Positions 12,807 to 23,399 of a stretch of 64,000 nucleotides of DNA are shown here, in pieces; within the stretch, counting starts at the first letter, position 1, and each line of letters starts with the position of its first letter. The position numbers and the translations under genes were made by a program. The stretch covers positions 24,552,001-24,616,000 of the forward strand of contig CM114271.1 of NCBI GenBank assembly GCA_050084515.1, in the 5' to 3' direction. The notes under the pieces are model-generated. The model was not told the DNA's origin, searched no databases, and saw only the letters and a program-made list of their open reading frames with translations. Origin of the DNA: Blasia pusilla (lineage: Eukaryota).

Positions 12807-12977
12807 AGTAGATAGTTCTACATTCTGACTTGTGTGTGCGACATGGATGACAAGTATGCGACTAACGATGGGGCCACATGAGCACCCGACCTTCTTGCTC
12901 TTAACGTCCGAGAGATGTATGTCATGGTAGATAGGGATATATAGCTATCTGGAGTTAGAGGGACCTAACCACCAACT

Positions 12978-12987
12978 AGGGGGGCGA
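12978..12987 (+). promoter_or_regulatory. Polypurine-tract-like sequence
   Basis: AGGGGGGCGA directly before repeat B1; same position in the copies at ~57097-57106 (-) and ~59113-59126 (+). Confidence 0.65.
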
Positions 12988-12988
12988 T

Positions 12989-13746
12989 TAGAGATATTTT
13001 GGTACTTCTTGTCTCGTTGCTTGGATGCCATGAGTTAGCATGGGATCGTGCGTGTTTGTGTGTGTGTTTGGTTATAGCGATGTATGTTGTGTAGCCATGT
13101 GTATGCGCAGGACAACTGTCACGTCTTTTAGGATAGATCAGTGAGATCTAGTAGAGCGCCTTCGCGAGTAGTGGAGGACAGGCTCAGTAGGTCAAGGATG
13201 GCTTGCTGAGGCCCCGGGAAACTTGAGAGAGCAGGTTTTCCCTTCGTTTCGGCTCATTTGGAGCCATATTGAAGAACTTACTATTTTAGATAAGTATCAT
13301 TTTGAGTATATGATTGCATTTCTATTTTTGGTAAGGGGACCTTGACCTTCTACATCATGTCAAGAGCCAAGGAGGTGACTTGGGAGCATAAGTTACCATG
13401 GAGAGAGATTGGGAGAGGGGAGGGATATACCTCAAGGAGAGAGAGCTTGAGAGCTCATTCTTTCTTTGTTGAACCTCTTGGCATGAGGCAGCGGAGCTAT
13501 GGTCTTGCTTGCCTTGTGTGTGTAACCCAAGCCTCTCATGAGGAGAGTGGGTTAGTTTGACATTGAAAGAGACATGTGAGAGTGCACGCATTTGAGAGCT
13601 ATGGTGTTGAGAGAGATTGGATCTTGATTTATTGGACATATTTTGGTACTTCTTGTCTCGTTGATTGGATGCCATGAGTTAGCATGGGATTGTGTGTGTT
13701 TGGTGACAGCAATGTATATTGTGTAGCAATGTGTATGCGCATGACA
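12989..13746 (+). repeat. 3' terminal repeat block B1 (12989-13114) - AC - A2 (13117-13632) - B2 (13633-13746)
   Basis: The ~120-bp B unit (GATATTTTGGTACTTCTTGTCTCG...GTGTATGCGCA.GACA) occurs twice around the ~515-bp A unit. Junction reads GGACA AC TGTCAC. Confidence 0.88.
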
Positions 13747-14125
13747 CGTCCCCTATAAACACTCCCCTTTTTTGTTTTTTTCCATCTATCCTCCGTGTTT
13801 ACTAATTATTTTCTCTCCCACCTCTCTCAAAGGGCTACACATGGGTTGAATCCATCTTGAAAAGGTGTGTTTTTTTTAAGTCGTTAGTTCATATTTATCA
13901 AGATTATAATGAATTCCATGAGTGGAAGTTTGTTTTTCCTAGTGATTTCCTCTAGTATCCATACAAAAGTTACTAGTATTTAACACTCACTACCTCTTAG
14001 GATGAAAGACGACACATGATGAAATTTAGAAATGTGTAAACTTACTTATGTGAAAATATTTGTATGAATTAAAAAGTTTATATCACTTTTTCAAGGGCTC
14101 TTTTGAATTTCAAATTCTTGTTAAC

Positions 14126-14610
14126 ATCTATATAATTAAAAGAGGATGGGATTGGAAGAACACTTCCTCTGGTGTTGACATTTGTACTTTTTACACTCCT
14201 CCGATATTATCACATGTTATATTTAACAGAATAATTAAAATAACAGGTCATAGACTTAACAAATATCTTTTCCCTCTCTATGAGTGGCATAATTCCCTTA
14301 GTTTTCATCGTGAGGGAATTACGCTAATTTTAAACTTATTACATCTCAATATGACAACTTTTGGGGCCAATCTCTAAATTATTATAGGAGAGTGTCTTCT
14401 TGATTTGCAAATAACTCTCTATTTGACACGTGGCAAAGTGGGTAGAAAAAAACATTTCATATGCCATGCGCACCCCAAAAAAATATTAGAATTTGTGTGC
14501 AACATCATTAGTCCCTTCACGGGCTATACACTATCCAAAGCTCTTCAAACACTTTGTTATTTCCAATGTACCTAAATAGTACATACTAAGTGTCCGTTGC
14601 AAATGGATAA
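14126..14610 (+). mobile_element. Helitron-like non-autonomous fragments
   Basis: A|TCTATATAATTAAAAGAGG start, with relatives near 55673, 61351 and 61527. The GGAGAGTGTCTTCTTGATTTGCAAAT module recurs at ~33682, 33887, 39620 and inverted at ~34320, 35140, 40030, 53100. Confidence 0.5.
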
Positions 14611-14849
14611 TTTAAATTTGGATAGGGAAAAAGATGTATGTCATCATACCTACTAAATGGGAAAATATGGGAAGTAATTGATTAGCCTACTCATGTGGTA
14701 AGAAAATCTACTACAATTAGTGTCGTTAGGGTAAAGTGCCCATCATGGTGAGAAAACCTCTGCTATTTACTAAACGCAGTTTCTGAAGGAAAAAGTACAC
14801 ACAATGTCGTAGACCCCTCGCCATAGTATGAGAATACAAAGCATTTACT

Positions 14850-15070
14850 GCTCCCTTTGTTGCCTTGCGCAATAAAGGGAGCAATAAAACTCGACAGCCT
14901 TTATTGCGCAAGGCAATAAAGGCTGTAAATGGAGTGGACATTGAAACAAGAGACTTGTTCATAAATAAAAAAATATCCACAGCCTTTATTGCGCAAGGCA
15001 ATAAAGGCTGTCGAGATTTGAAATTGGAGTGGACATTGAAACAAGAGACTTGTTCATAAATAAAAAAATA
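14850..15070. repeat. Duplicated hairpin-containing repeat
   Basis: ACAGCCTTTATTGC-gcaag-GCAATAAAGGCTGT perfect hairpin at 14894-14926 and 14979-15011, a related hairpin at ~14850-14882, and a duplicated GGAGTGGACATTGAAACAAGAGACTTGTTCATAAATAAAAAAATA. Confidence 0.85.
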
Positions 15071-15289
15071 AACTACAGGTTAGACGTGGTGGAAAGTAGG
15101 AAAAGTTGGTTAGCTCGATTCGTTCACATCCTCGAGGTCGCGGGATGGAACCGCACATAGTTGAACCTCAATCAGAATGCATTTCATAAGATTTTTACAG
15201 AAAGTATTACGCACTCTCCACACTAACCTCCACGGACGCGACCATCTGAACAACAATAAATGTTGTTGGTTCTCGGTTTATCGAGAGCC

Positions 15290-15512
15290 TCTAATGAGCG
15301 TTTGTGAAGGTAGGTAGGGCCTTGCAATACTTGGTCTACATGGGCGAACTCCATAGTTTGTCCCGGAATCGCATTGAAGGCGCGTAGGGTAGCGTCTACC
15401 TCGAGCTGGGTCGGGCCTAGGTTTCAGGTTCGGGAGCCCCGGGATGGAGAGGTCGCGACGGAGGGTAAAGAGGTCGCGACGGAGGACGGACGCCGTGCGA
15501 AGACGGACGGAG
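15290..15512 (+). repeat. MULE left TIR
   Basis: TCTAATGAGCGTTTGTGAAGGTAGG...CCCGGAATCGCATTGAAGGCGCGTAGGGTAGCGTCTACCTCGAGCTGGGTCGGGCCTAGGTTTCAGG is the reverse complement of 27227-27461. Confidence 0.92.
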
Positions 15513-15619
15513 AGGGCGCGCCGGTGAAGTTTGGTCCCCATCCTCGTCCGTTGGAGGGACGGACGGCGTCTGACGGAGGATGTTTAGGACTGCCTTGGAT
15601 GGACGATGTCCGTCCGTCT

Positions 15620-15980
15620 GAGGCTTTCTCCGCTTGCTGTCGCGGCTCTCTCCGCTTTCGGCTTCCTCCCGCTCTGTTTCGCTCTGTTGGTGTCGCCGCG
15701 GCACTCTCTGCTTTCGCCTCCCTCTGTTGGTGTCGCCTGCTTTCGCCTCGCTCTGTTGGTGTCTCCGCGGCTCTCTCTGCTTTCGCCTCGCTCTGTTGGT
15801 GTCGCCGCGGCTCTCTCTGGTCTCTCTGCTTTTGCCTGCTTTCGCCTCGCTCTGTTGGTGTCGCCTGAGGCTTTCTTCGCTTTCGCCTCGCTCTGTTGGT
15901 GTCGCCTGAGGCTTTCATCGCTTTCGCCTCACTTTGGACTTCGTCGTCGCGGCTCTCTCTGCTCTCTCTGCTCTCTCTAC
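15620..15980. repeat. Subterminal imperfect tandem repeat
   Basis: Repeated GCTTTCGCCTCGCTCTGTTGGTGTCGCC and CGCGGCTCTCTCT units. Confidence 0.85.
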
Positions 15981-18428
15981 ATCTGGATATCCTGAAGATT
16001 TGCGGCCCCAGCTCCTCGACAAGTTTGACACTGGTGCGTATACACATATTTTTGTTGAACTTGTTCAAAGTTTAAAAAACTTGTTCAGCTTTTGAGGAAC
16101 TCCTTTTTTGCGACCCCAGCTCCCTGATAAGTTCGGCATGCACGCACAGGTGCGTATACCCATATTTTCCACTCCTTTAGGGACGAATTCTATCTGATCT
16201 TGATTCGTTTTTCCAGTAAATGACCTCCGTTCACAACAGGTGAACATGTCCCTTGTGTTGAACTTGTCCAGCGTTTGAGAAATTTCGGCTCTATCTGCTC
16301 CATTTGCTCTCGAGCTCTCTCGGCTTTCCATCTGTTTGATCTGAGCATTTTCTCTAAACCTAAACTCCGTTCTCAGATTTTGCTCCGCTTTTGTCTTTCT
16401 CCACTTTTGGTTGTCTCCGCTTTCAGCTGTCTCTACTCCGCGATGTCGTCTCTCCTCAAGCTCTCTCCACTTTCGATCGCGATGTGTTCAATCTGAGAAC
16501 TCCGTTGTATTGTTTGTACTGGGAGCGACTGGAATATCGACCTTGGGCGGATATCTGGTGTGTGGTGTCCCCTGCGCTTTTGTTGGCCTCGTCATTGACC
16601 AAGTTCTAGACGATGTGTGAGAGATCCCCTAATCTTTCACTCATAGCATCAATGCCGCCTATAGATGGACAGAGTACTTGGCAAGGTCTATCATCAAAGG
16701 GACAACGAAAGCCGAAACTCATCCACAATCATCACAGAGAACATACTTGTGACATGATTTCTGAATTTCCTTGGAAGACAATGTGAAAATTGAAGAATCT
16801 GGCAGTATGCCAGCATTCATTGCTCTGTATTTCTCGTTCTGGTCTCCTACGATCCGCTGGGACTCGGGAGAACTAAAAGTTTGCTTCGGATATTGCTTAC
16901 GTAAAGTAGCCATTCAGGCAGCAGTAGCAGCTTACACCTGGAAGTTTGGTAACTGAATTTCGTTATCAAGCTAGAATCCTAGCGATCAAAGACGCGTAGT
17001 TTCCAACTTGACGTGGTTGACTCGTCCGTATAGAACCTTGATTCCTAAACCCAACGAGTCGAAACGAGTAGTCACACAAATGTGTCAAATTGTGAGTGTA
17101 TCGCAAGAGCACACGAGAAGGTTTTGCAATATTGGAGGTGGTGCCGGTCCGACATACATGTTGATTGTTTGTAGAGCTTGAGCTTGTGTATAAGAAAAAC
17201 AAGATTGAGCTTGTGTAAGATTGATTTGAAAGTGGCCCGATGTCCATGAGAAGATTCATCTCATGTGAGGCAGAAAAAGCTTTGAGAGCCACAGCTTTTA
17301 GGCAGAGCAAAACCTGGTAGCCTTTAAGTAAGACTAAGTGAGTGATTGTCGGGGATAGATAAGGTGAGTTTTTAGATGGAAGTCAAACATTTAGCTCAAT
17401 GTAAAGATGGAGTTCAGCAGCTAGTAATGGAGTTTTGAAGACTCACGTCTCCGAGGACAAGTGTTGACTATCCTCTTCTTTCCGCGTCTATGTTATGATC
17501 GATGTTTTAGGGTTTGGTGGGGTCATTCACAGCTCTATCATTCCTGCTGCAGTTCTCGACGTCCAGCCCATAGGAAATGACATAAATCACTCCACCGTCG
17601 AGAAGCGAAGATTCGGAGATTTGGGTACCTATGTTAGGTCTTTTCTTTGCAGATCATAGCGGGTGTTGGATTCCTACCTCTTTACTTCTGGATGTATGGG
17701 ACCATACCAGTACTAGTTCTCTTGCCGTTGGATACTTTGGCCTTAGTCTGGTCATTGGGCATCTGACAATTTATCGTAGTTTGGCAATAGTGAGTACGAT
17801 ACGAAGGGGGAGTCAACACCTTTTCACGAGAAGGACGACTGTTTCAAGTGAAGTATGCTATCGAAGCTATTAAGGTACTGGTTAAATCTGTCAAGAAGCT
17901 CCGTGAGACTGTCAGACTGTTACTTTGGTCATTTTTTGGACTTGTTGTTGGACATCTCTCCACTCCTAAGTTTGGTTCCAAGAGGGTTAGTCTATTAATA
18001 TGTATCCAAAATTCTCAAATTTTATCCCAGACTCTATTTGAAGCTAGACTTTCTGATGCTTGCATCCCCATAGCCCGTTTATCTCGAACTTCATTTTTCA
18101 TCATCAAATTGGGACGGTTGGGGCTTACGAGGTTTTTCTATGAATAGGGTTTACTTTTCTTTGACATCAATTTGTGCATCAATCGTTACTCATGATAATG
18201 TTTGTGCTCCTTTGTGAATTCTGGAAACAAGCTGCTAGCAATTCGGACCATCTTGGACAAGGATAAATCAAACGAGGGTTCTCATGAGCTTCTTGAATTG
18301 TGCTTGTTTTTGGTATTGTGTAGGTTTGAAGGTCATTAGTAACACTGGAAGTCCGCCATCGACATTACGTTTTTTGAGGCAGTAGGGGAGGTAGGTTTAA
18401 AGCCACCAAGGATCAACACATTAGGGCC

Positions 18429-19154
18429 ATGTCAGGTCAGCCGATGTTTTTACATGCCAAGGGGTTGCGGTTGTTGGGAATTCAGGTTAACAAACCTGAA
18501 AACGTGACTGGTCTTCTATCAGGGAACCAGGGCAATCTTCAGACATGGGTCAGCCCCATAGTACATAGCAGTTCTAGTTCAGATTTTTTTCTAGCTGATA
18601 TTGTGTGCAAGCGCTTGCATCCTCACTCCAGATTGTATTTGGATGAGTGGATTGTCTTAGGGTTTCCATTGGAAACTTATAAGTGTCTAGAAAAGGCACC
18701 GATACATGCTGGATTTAATGTTGCATTCTCACCCAAGGCCCGGTTGGTGGGGGACCATGTATGGTTAGACTCTTACTTCCAGAAGAAGGGACAGACTGAA
18801 TTTCTAGTGGTGGAAAACCAGGGAGGTAAGATGAATGTTGTCTGAATTAAGGACATTAAACATTTGATGGGGGCATCCAAACAGAACATGCTTGCCAAGA
18901 TTGTTTGTACAATCCGGTTAAAGAGGAGAGTGTCCACCTCTGAGGAGAAGGACCCTGTTCCTTGGGTTATCGGAGTTACTCCTAAAAATATCTACCTTAT
19001 CGACCAGACTGATGTGGATGACAAAGCACCGATTGGGAATGAGCACATTTCAGATTTGTCCGAAGTACTGAGTTCCATGACCCTTCTGAATTTATCCCGG
19101 GGTATTCCTCGGAACCTTGTTTCCTTCTGGAATTGTTTGTTTTACGGAGTTTAG
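18429..19154 (+). pseudogene. MULE-internal interrupted ORF of unknown function
   Basis: ORFs 18429-18845 and 18864-19154 share one frame and are separated by a single TGA, giving ~240 codons. Confidence 0.4.
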
Positions 19155-19768
19155 CGTGATTACATTTGCGGTATTTACATGGTACACATGAATTCCTCAT
19201 GCATGTATGTTGTTCTACGTTGGCAAGGCTAACCAATTCGAGTCTTTGTCGTCTTGTGTTTGGCAGGTAGTTGGGGCTCCTCAAGACCTTGACCACGTGG
19301 GCCATGTTAGGTTTAGGGTAGAAGTAGGTTTTCTTATGTTTGTGGCGTTCACACATTTACATATTTCGGATTGCTGGGATGTTCATACAGATTCTTAGTG
19401 TGTCTGTATGAAGTAGACATTCTGTCAACTTTTCAGATATAGATGACCCGGTGACAACCAGGAAATCCGGCTTTTGGCTAAAGTATTATAGCCAGAACCA
19501 GAATTTTCCTGGGATGGAATTTCAGGATATGTATCCTACAAATTTCGGTAGGAGCTTCGGGGTATGGATGCGAGAGGAATTATGTATCTACATTCTAGAT
19601 ACATAATTCTAGCTTATATTTTTTGCTTTCATTTTTAGAAGTAAGTTTTTAAATTCCAGCTTTGCATTCCAGCTTTAAATTCTAGCTATGCTTGTATCTG
19701 TTGGTGTGTTTACATGTGAGTGAGAACTCGTTGTGGATACACTCCAGGTTGAAGCCCAACCAGCAAAC

Positions 19769-21540
19769 ATGTTTGCTGCATTTAGGGGCAAGAGTGTAGG
19801 TCTTCCAGAGAAACCAGCCGCACAAACCTCTCTTTGGCGGGACCCGGTCGAGTGGGTTCATTATTGCTACTCAAAGGAGCATAAGCAATTCGTGTGCCTG
19901 TGCTCCAAGTGCATCGAGTACTTTCGTGGGCCAGAAACTTTTAACTCGCACATTGCATTACATTGGTCGAGGCCGGTGCCTGGAACACCAAGGGCGAGTG
20001 GTAAGAAGAAGGTGGAAGCAGACTACGACCGAGACGACATGGAGGATGAAGATGATGGTAAGGGTGTAGGACTAGAACTTTCATACGCAGTTAGTGAGAT
20101 GGTAGCAATGTTTGGTGTATGTGCTCTATGATCCTCAAGACTTCATTCATTTATGTTCCAAAATTGTGCAGGGAACCAGGCTACCCCATCTGCAGCCAAC
20201 TTGCGTCTGCGAGGCACCGTGTAGCAACGTTGGGCTCATCGCAGAAAACAGAAGAAGGCTGCTCTGTTCAGTAAAGCGAAGGAGCATTCAAAACGGGCAG
20301 CGGGCCCGTTTGTACCTATGCCCATTTTGCCAGATCTTTTGATTGCTTTTGAGGGCTATAGGACAGAAGAACACGGTCATACCTCATGGGCAGGTTTAGC
20401 TAGGATACACGAGTGTGAGAAGGTCCGAGAGGAGCTAGAGGGTGCCCTTGTGTGCCCTACCACCACTGTCAGGGGATGGATTGAGTCGGGCCGCAGGCTT
20501 CTCCCTTCTACTATCCCTGTAGATAGAGGTCACCGTTCCACCTACTGGAGATGCATGGCCGCTTTCCATCATCTAGCCGTAGTGTGGATCATGGACAGAC
20601 AGGAACCGTATCGATGGGATGCTGGAGCCGAAACCAGGCAGCATCAGGTTGAACATTCCCTGCATGTTCTAGATGAAATGCGCCGAGCACAAAGGCATGC
20701 ATGGTACATCAGTGAGGAGTACTACCTCCCACGCTTCAAGTTTAACTACAAGATCTGGAAAGAGAAGAGTAAACCTAGCATTCTTGCCAAGTTCAGGGAC
20801 AAAGTACTCGCATGTATGTGGATGGGGTCGGCTGCTCCCTTGCTGATGCGGTTGTCCGGGTATAGTGCTGCTTCATTTCATGCAAATTTCTCAGTATGAA
20901 TTGTTGAAGAGTTGTGAGTTCATGATTTCCCATTGTATCCCTTGTAATTCCGCATTGTCTCTAACAACTTGTAGATGTGCAGGGTGGCCTGGATGTGGAA
21001 ATCATAGATTCCAGTGACAATAAGGGTGCGGTAGGATCTCGGAAATCCCGCCGACTGAACCCGGAAGTTGACATGGAAGTGGGTGAATCTAGCCCGGTCA
21101 TGGATAGTCATGGGCCAGGTGATGAAGGCCCAATTGAAGACTCGCATACCCCCGATGAAGTGGTCTTGCAGGCGGATCCACAAATCATGGAAGAAAAAGC
21201 CCGAAGGAGGAGGATGATGATGGCTTCACAATAGGTGTCTTGCATTCTGCTCATTTCTGTCGATGACATTTTTTTATTGTATGTCTTCGGACCATCTCCA
21301 ATAATTGTGCTTGTGTTGATATGTTGTAATGTGTTCAGAACCCTGCAGATGGGACTCTGAAGGACCGGGGCACAAGCCATGAAGACCCTTTGGTCTTACC
21401 TTTGCAGGACGGTATTGAAGGGGTTAGTGCTGACGAATTTCAGGCCACACCTTTACCCGAGTTCTGCACTCCAACATTGCGGCCTCTAGATGGGATGTCT
21501 TCAAGTCCTTGACCACCACGGGTGATCACATTTTGGTGAG
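19769..21540 (+). pseudogene. MULE accessory gene with a C2H2 zinc finger, convergent with the transposase
   Basis: CSKCIEYFRGPETFNSHIALH fits C-x2-C-x3-F-x5-hydrophobic-x2-H-x3-H. A GT-AG intron at 20058-20171 joins it in frame to ORF 20318-20899, with one TAG at 20222. Further splice-like sites downstream; 3' end uncertain. Confidence 0.6.
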
Positions 21541-22940
21541 TGTGTAGATGTATCATGCGATTTTACTGTTATGATTATCCTTTCATCTGGTGATTGGCAT
21601 TTAATCTTTCCGACCTGTGTGTGAACTTTCATTGCAGAGGTTGTTGTCATACTTTTTGATGTGTTTCCTCGGCGATTATGACAACATACCTTTGGACCAC
21701 TTGCAAGTAATGTGTCACTTTTCTCTTTGGTCTTACTTTCCCTGGTGTCAATTCTTTACAAATGTGTTGTGTATATGAGGGTTACTACTATCTGAACATG
21801 CTTCTGTAGCGTATGTGTGTGCATGTGACTTTCTGCAGAAATTTTCAAGCATTTTGGCGGGAGTTCATATCATCATATTTTGCGGATGTTTAGGACTTAG
21901 TTCATGATCAGAGCGATTCCTTAGAGTAAGGATAGGAGAGTTCCTACTTGGCACGTAGGCTCTAAAGTTCTGTCTTTCTGCTTTGGACAAACCAGAAACG
22001 GGCAGATTTCTGTTCTTAATGTATGGCCTTATGGTTCTTCTATTTTGTGCAGGTGCAATGCAGGCCGTTTGGTGTATCGCTTCTGGGGCACATTTTCCCT
22101 TACCATTTTCTGTGTTATGAAGGTCTATCCAAGAAGGTTAGGTTACCTTAGTTGGGCTATAGGTCATGGTCTGCTGAACTATTGTGGATGAAATGGTATG
22201 GACCAAAAGGATACCATTGTCAATCAAATTAATCATACAACTTGCAGAGCTATTCTTGATCTTTGTCCCTAAGTTTGTACTCTTGAATGATACCTGAACA
22301 AATTCCTCCTTACCTTATTCCGATGTGTCTTACATGTTATGAATGATCACATGTGCTTCCACCTGTAATTGGTGGTAAACTTTGTAATCCTGTGAGGATC
22401 AATGTTTTGTCCCACGCTTGTTGATTCCTGAATTTCCAAGAAAGTAAAGCACTCATGTGTAATCACCTCATGAATAGATAGAGTCCATGACACCATGTTC
22501 AAAAATAAAAGACAAACGGTCGAAACACTCAGACCAAATACAAGTTTAGTGATCATAAATGCAGTGACACGAAAAATGTATGAACAGCGAAATGTAGGTG
22601 TTCATTCATGAACACCTCAAAGGCTGTGTTTCAAGGGCATTTGCTTCATACATCGGACTATCAATTCTAGCCTTCTTGTTGCGTATCCCCCGGTCGTCAA
22701 TCCACTGTGACAATCTCGGTTAGATACGATTTTAATCAAGCCCTAATTAGGGGAAGGTCACCTCACACCGCTAAATGTTTACGAAGAGGCACGACCCTCA
22801 GGGGTAGGGTTCGTGGGCCTTCTGAGGTGTTTTTTTTTAGTTACGACTATAGAAGTAGTCAGAACTATATTACAGAAGTTCTCTAAAATTGACACAAGCG
22901 CGTGGCGGTGCGGACATGCCCCTAAAGTATGCCGCACGGT

Positions 22941-23040
22941 GTTGCGGACGTGGTTCGGGTTCAAACATACCTCGTTGCGGACGTGGTTTGGGTTCATACA
23001 TACCTCATTGCGGACGTGGTTCGGGTTCAAACATACCTCG
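22941..23040. repeat. 33-bp tandem repeat, 3 copies
   Basis: GTTGCGGACGTGGTTCGGGTTCAAACATACCTC x3, between the converging 3' ends of the two MULE genes. Confidence 0.92.
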
Positions 23041-23399
23041 TACGTTTACTACATCCATAGAAAACCGACTGTGGTAACCATAGTTTGGATGCTTGAATAT
23101 TAATTGAATTGGGTTCGAACTATTACTATACAAAACCGTGAAGACAGGTTACTATGGTTCACAATATGGCCTACACGATGGTTACTATCGTTTGGATGCT
23201 TGCGTAAAAATAGAACATGACTGCTCGCCGTGCATGAAAATGGGACATGGTGGACATGAACATGAGAAGGGAACACATTTCTCGTGCGTAAACATCCGGT
23301 ACATAAAAAATACATTTTTTTTGTTGAACACCACATTTCTTGTGTTCTGTGCTAATATGTGAAATTCGGAAATGCTTCATGAATCATGAATCTGGGAAT

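Larger units (their letters stand above)
3685..13746 (+). mobile_element. Degenerate Ty3/Gypsy retrotransposon with internal DNMT3-like methyltransferase and C-terminal PHD finger (5' terminus not seen)
   Basis: Domain order gag, PR, DNMT, RT, RH, INT, PHD, followed by a PPT and terminal repeats ending TGACA at 13746. Many stops and frameshifts. 3685-3752 resembles leader sequence (CATAGTCAC, cf. reverse complement of ~2660-2690). Confidence 0.9.

Noticed and set aside
5600-12960. Tyrosine recombinase or DIRS-type adenine methyltransferase, expected from split repeats
   Set aside because: No YR motif seen; the integrase is HHCC/DDE and the methyltransferase has C5-type PC and ENV motifs.
15278-15290. 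MULE target-site duplication
   Set aside because: Left flank TTATCGAGAGCC and right flank TGGGGAATTT do not match; one end may be truncated.
15374-16068. Arg/Glu-rich and Leu/Ser-rich ORFs
   Set aside because: Translations of the TIR and subterminal tandem repeat, open in several frames on both strands.
22941-23040. CRISPR-like array
   Set aside because: Units are contiguous without unique spacers, there are no cas genes, and the context is eukaryotic.
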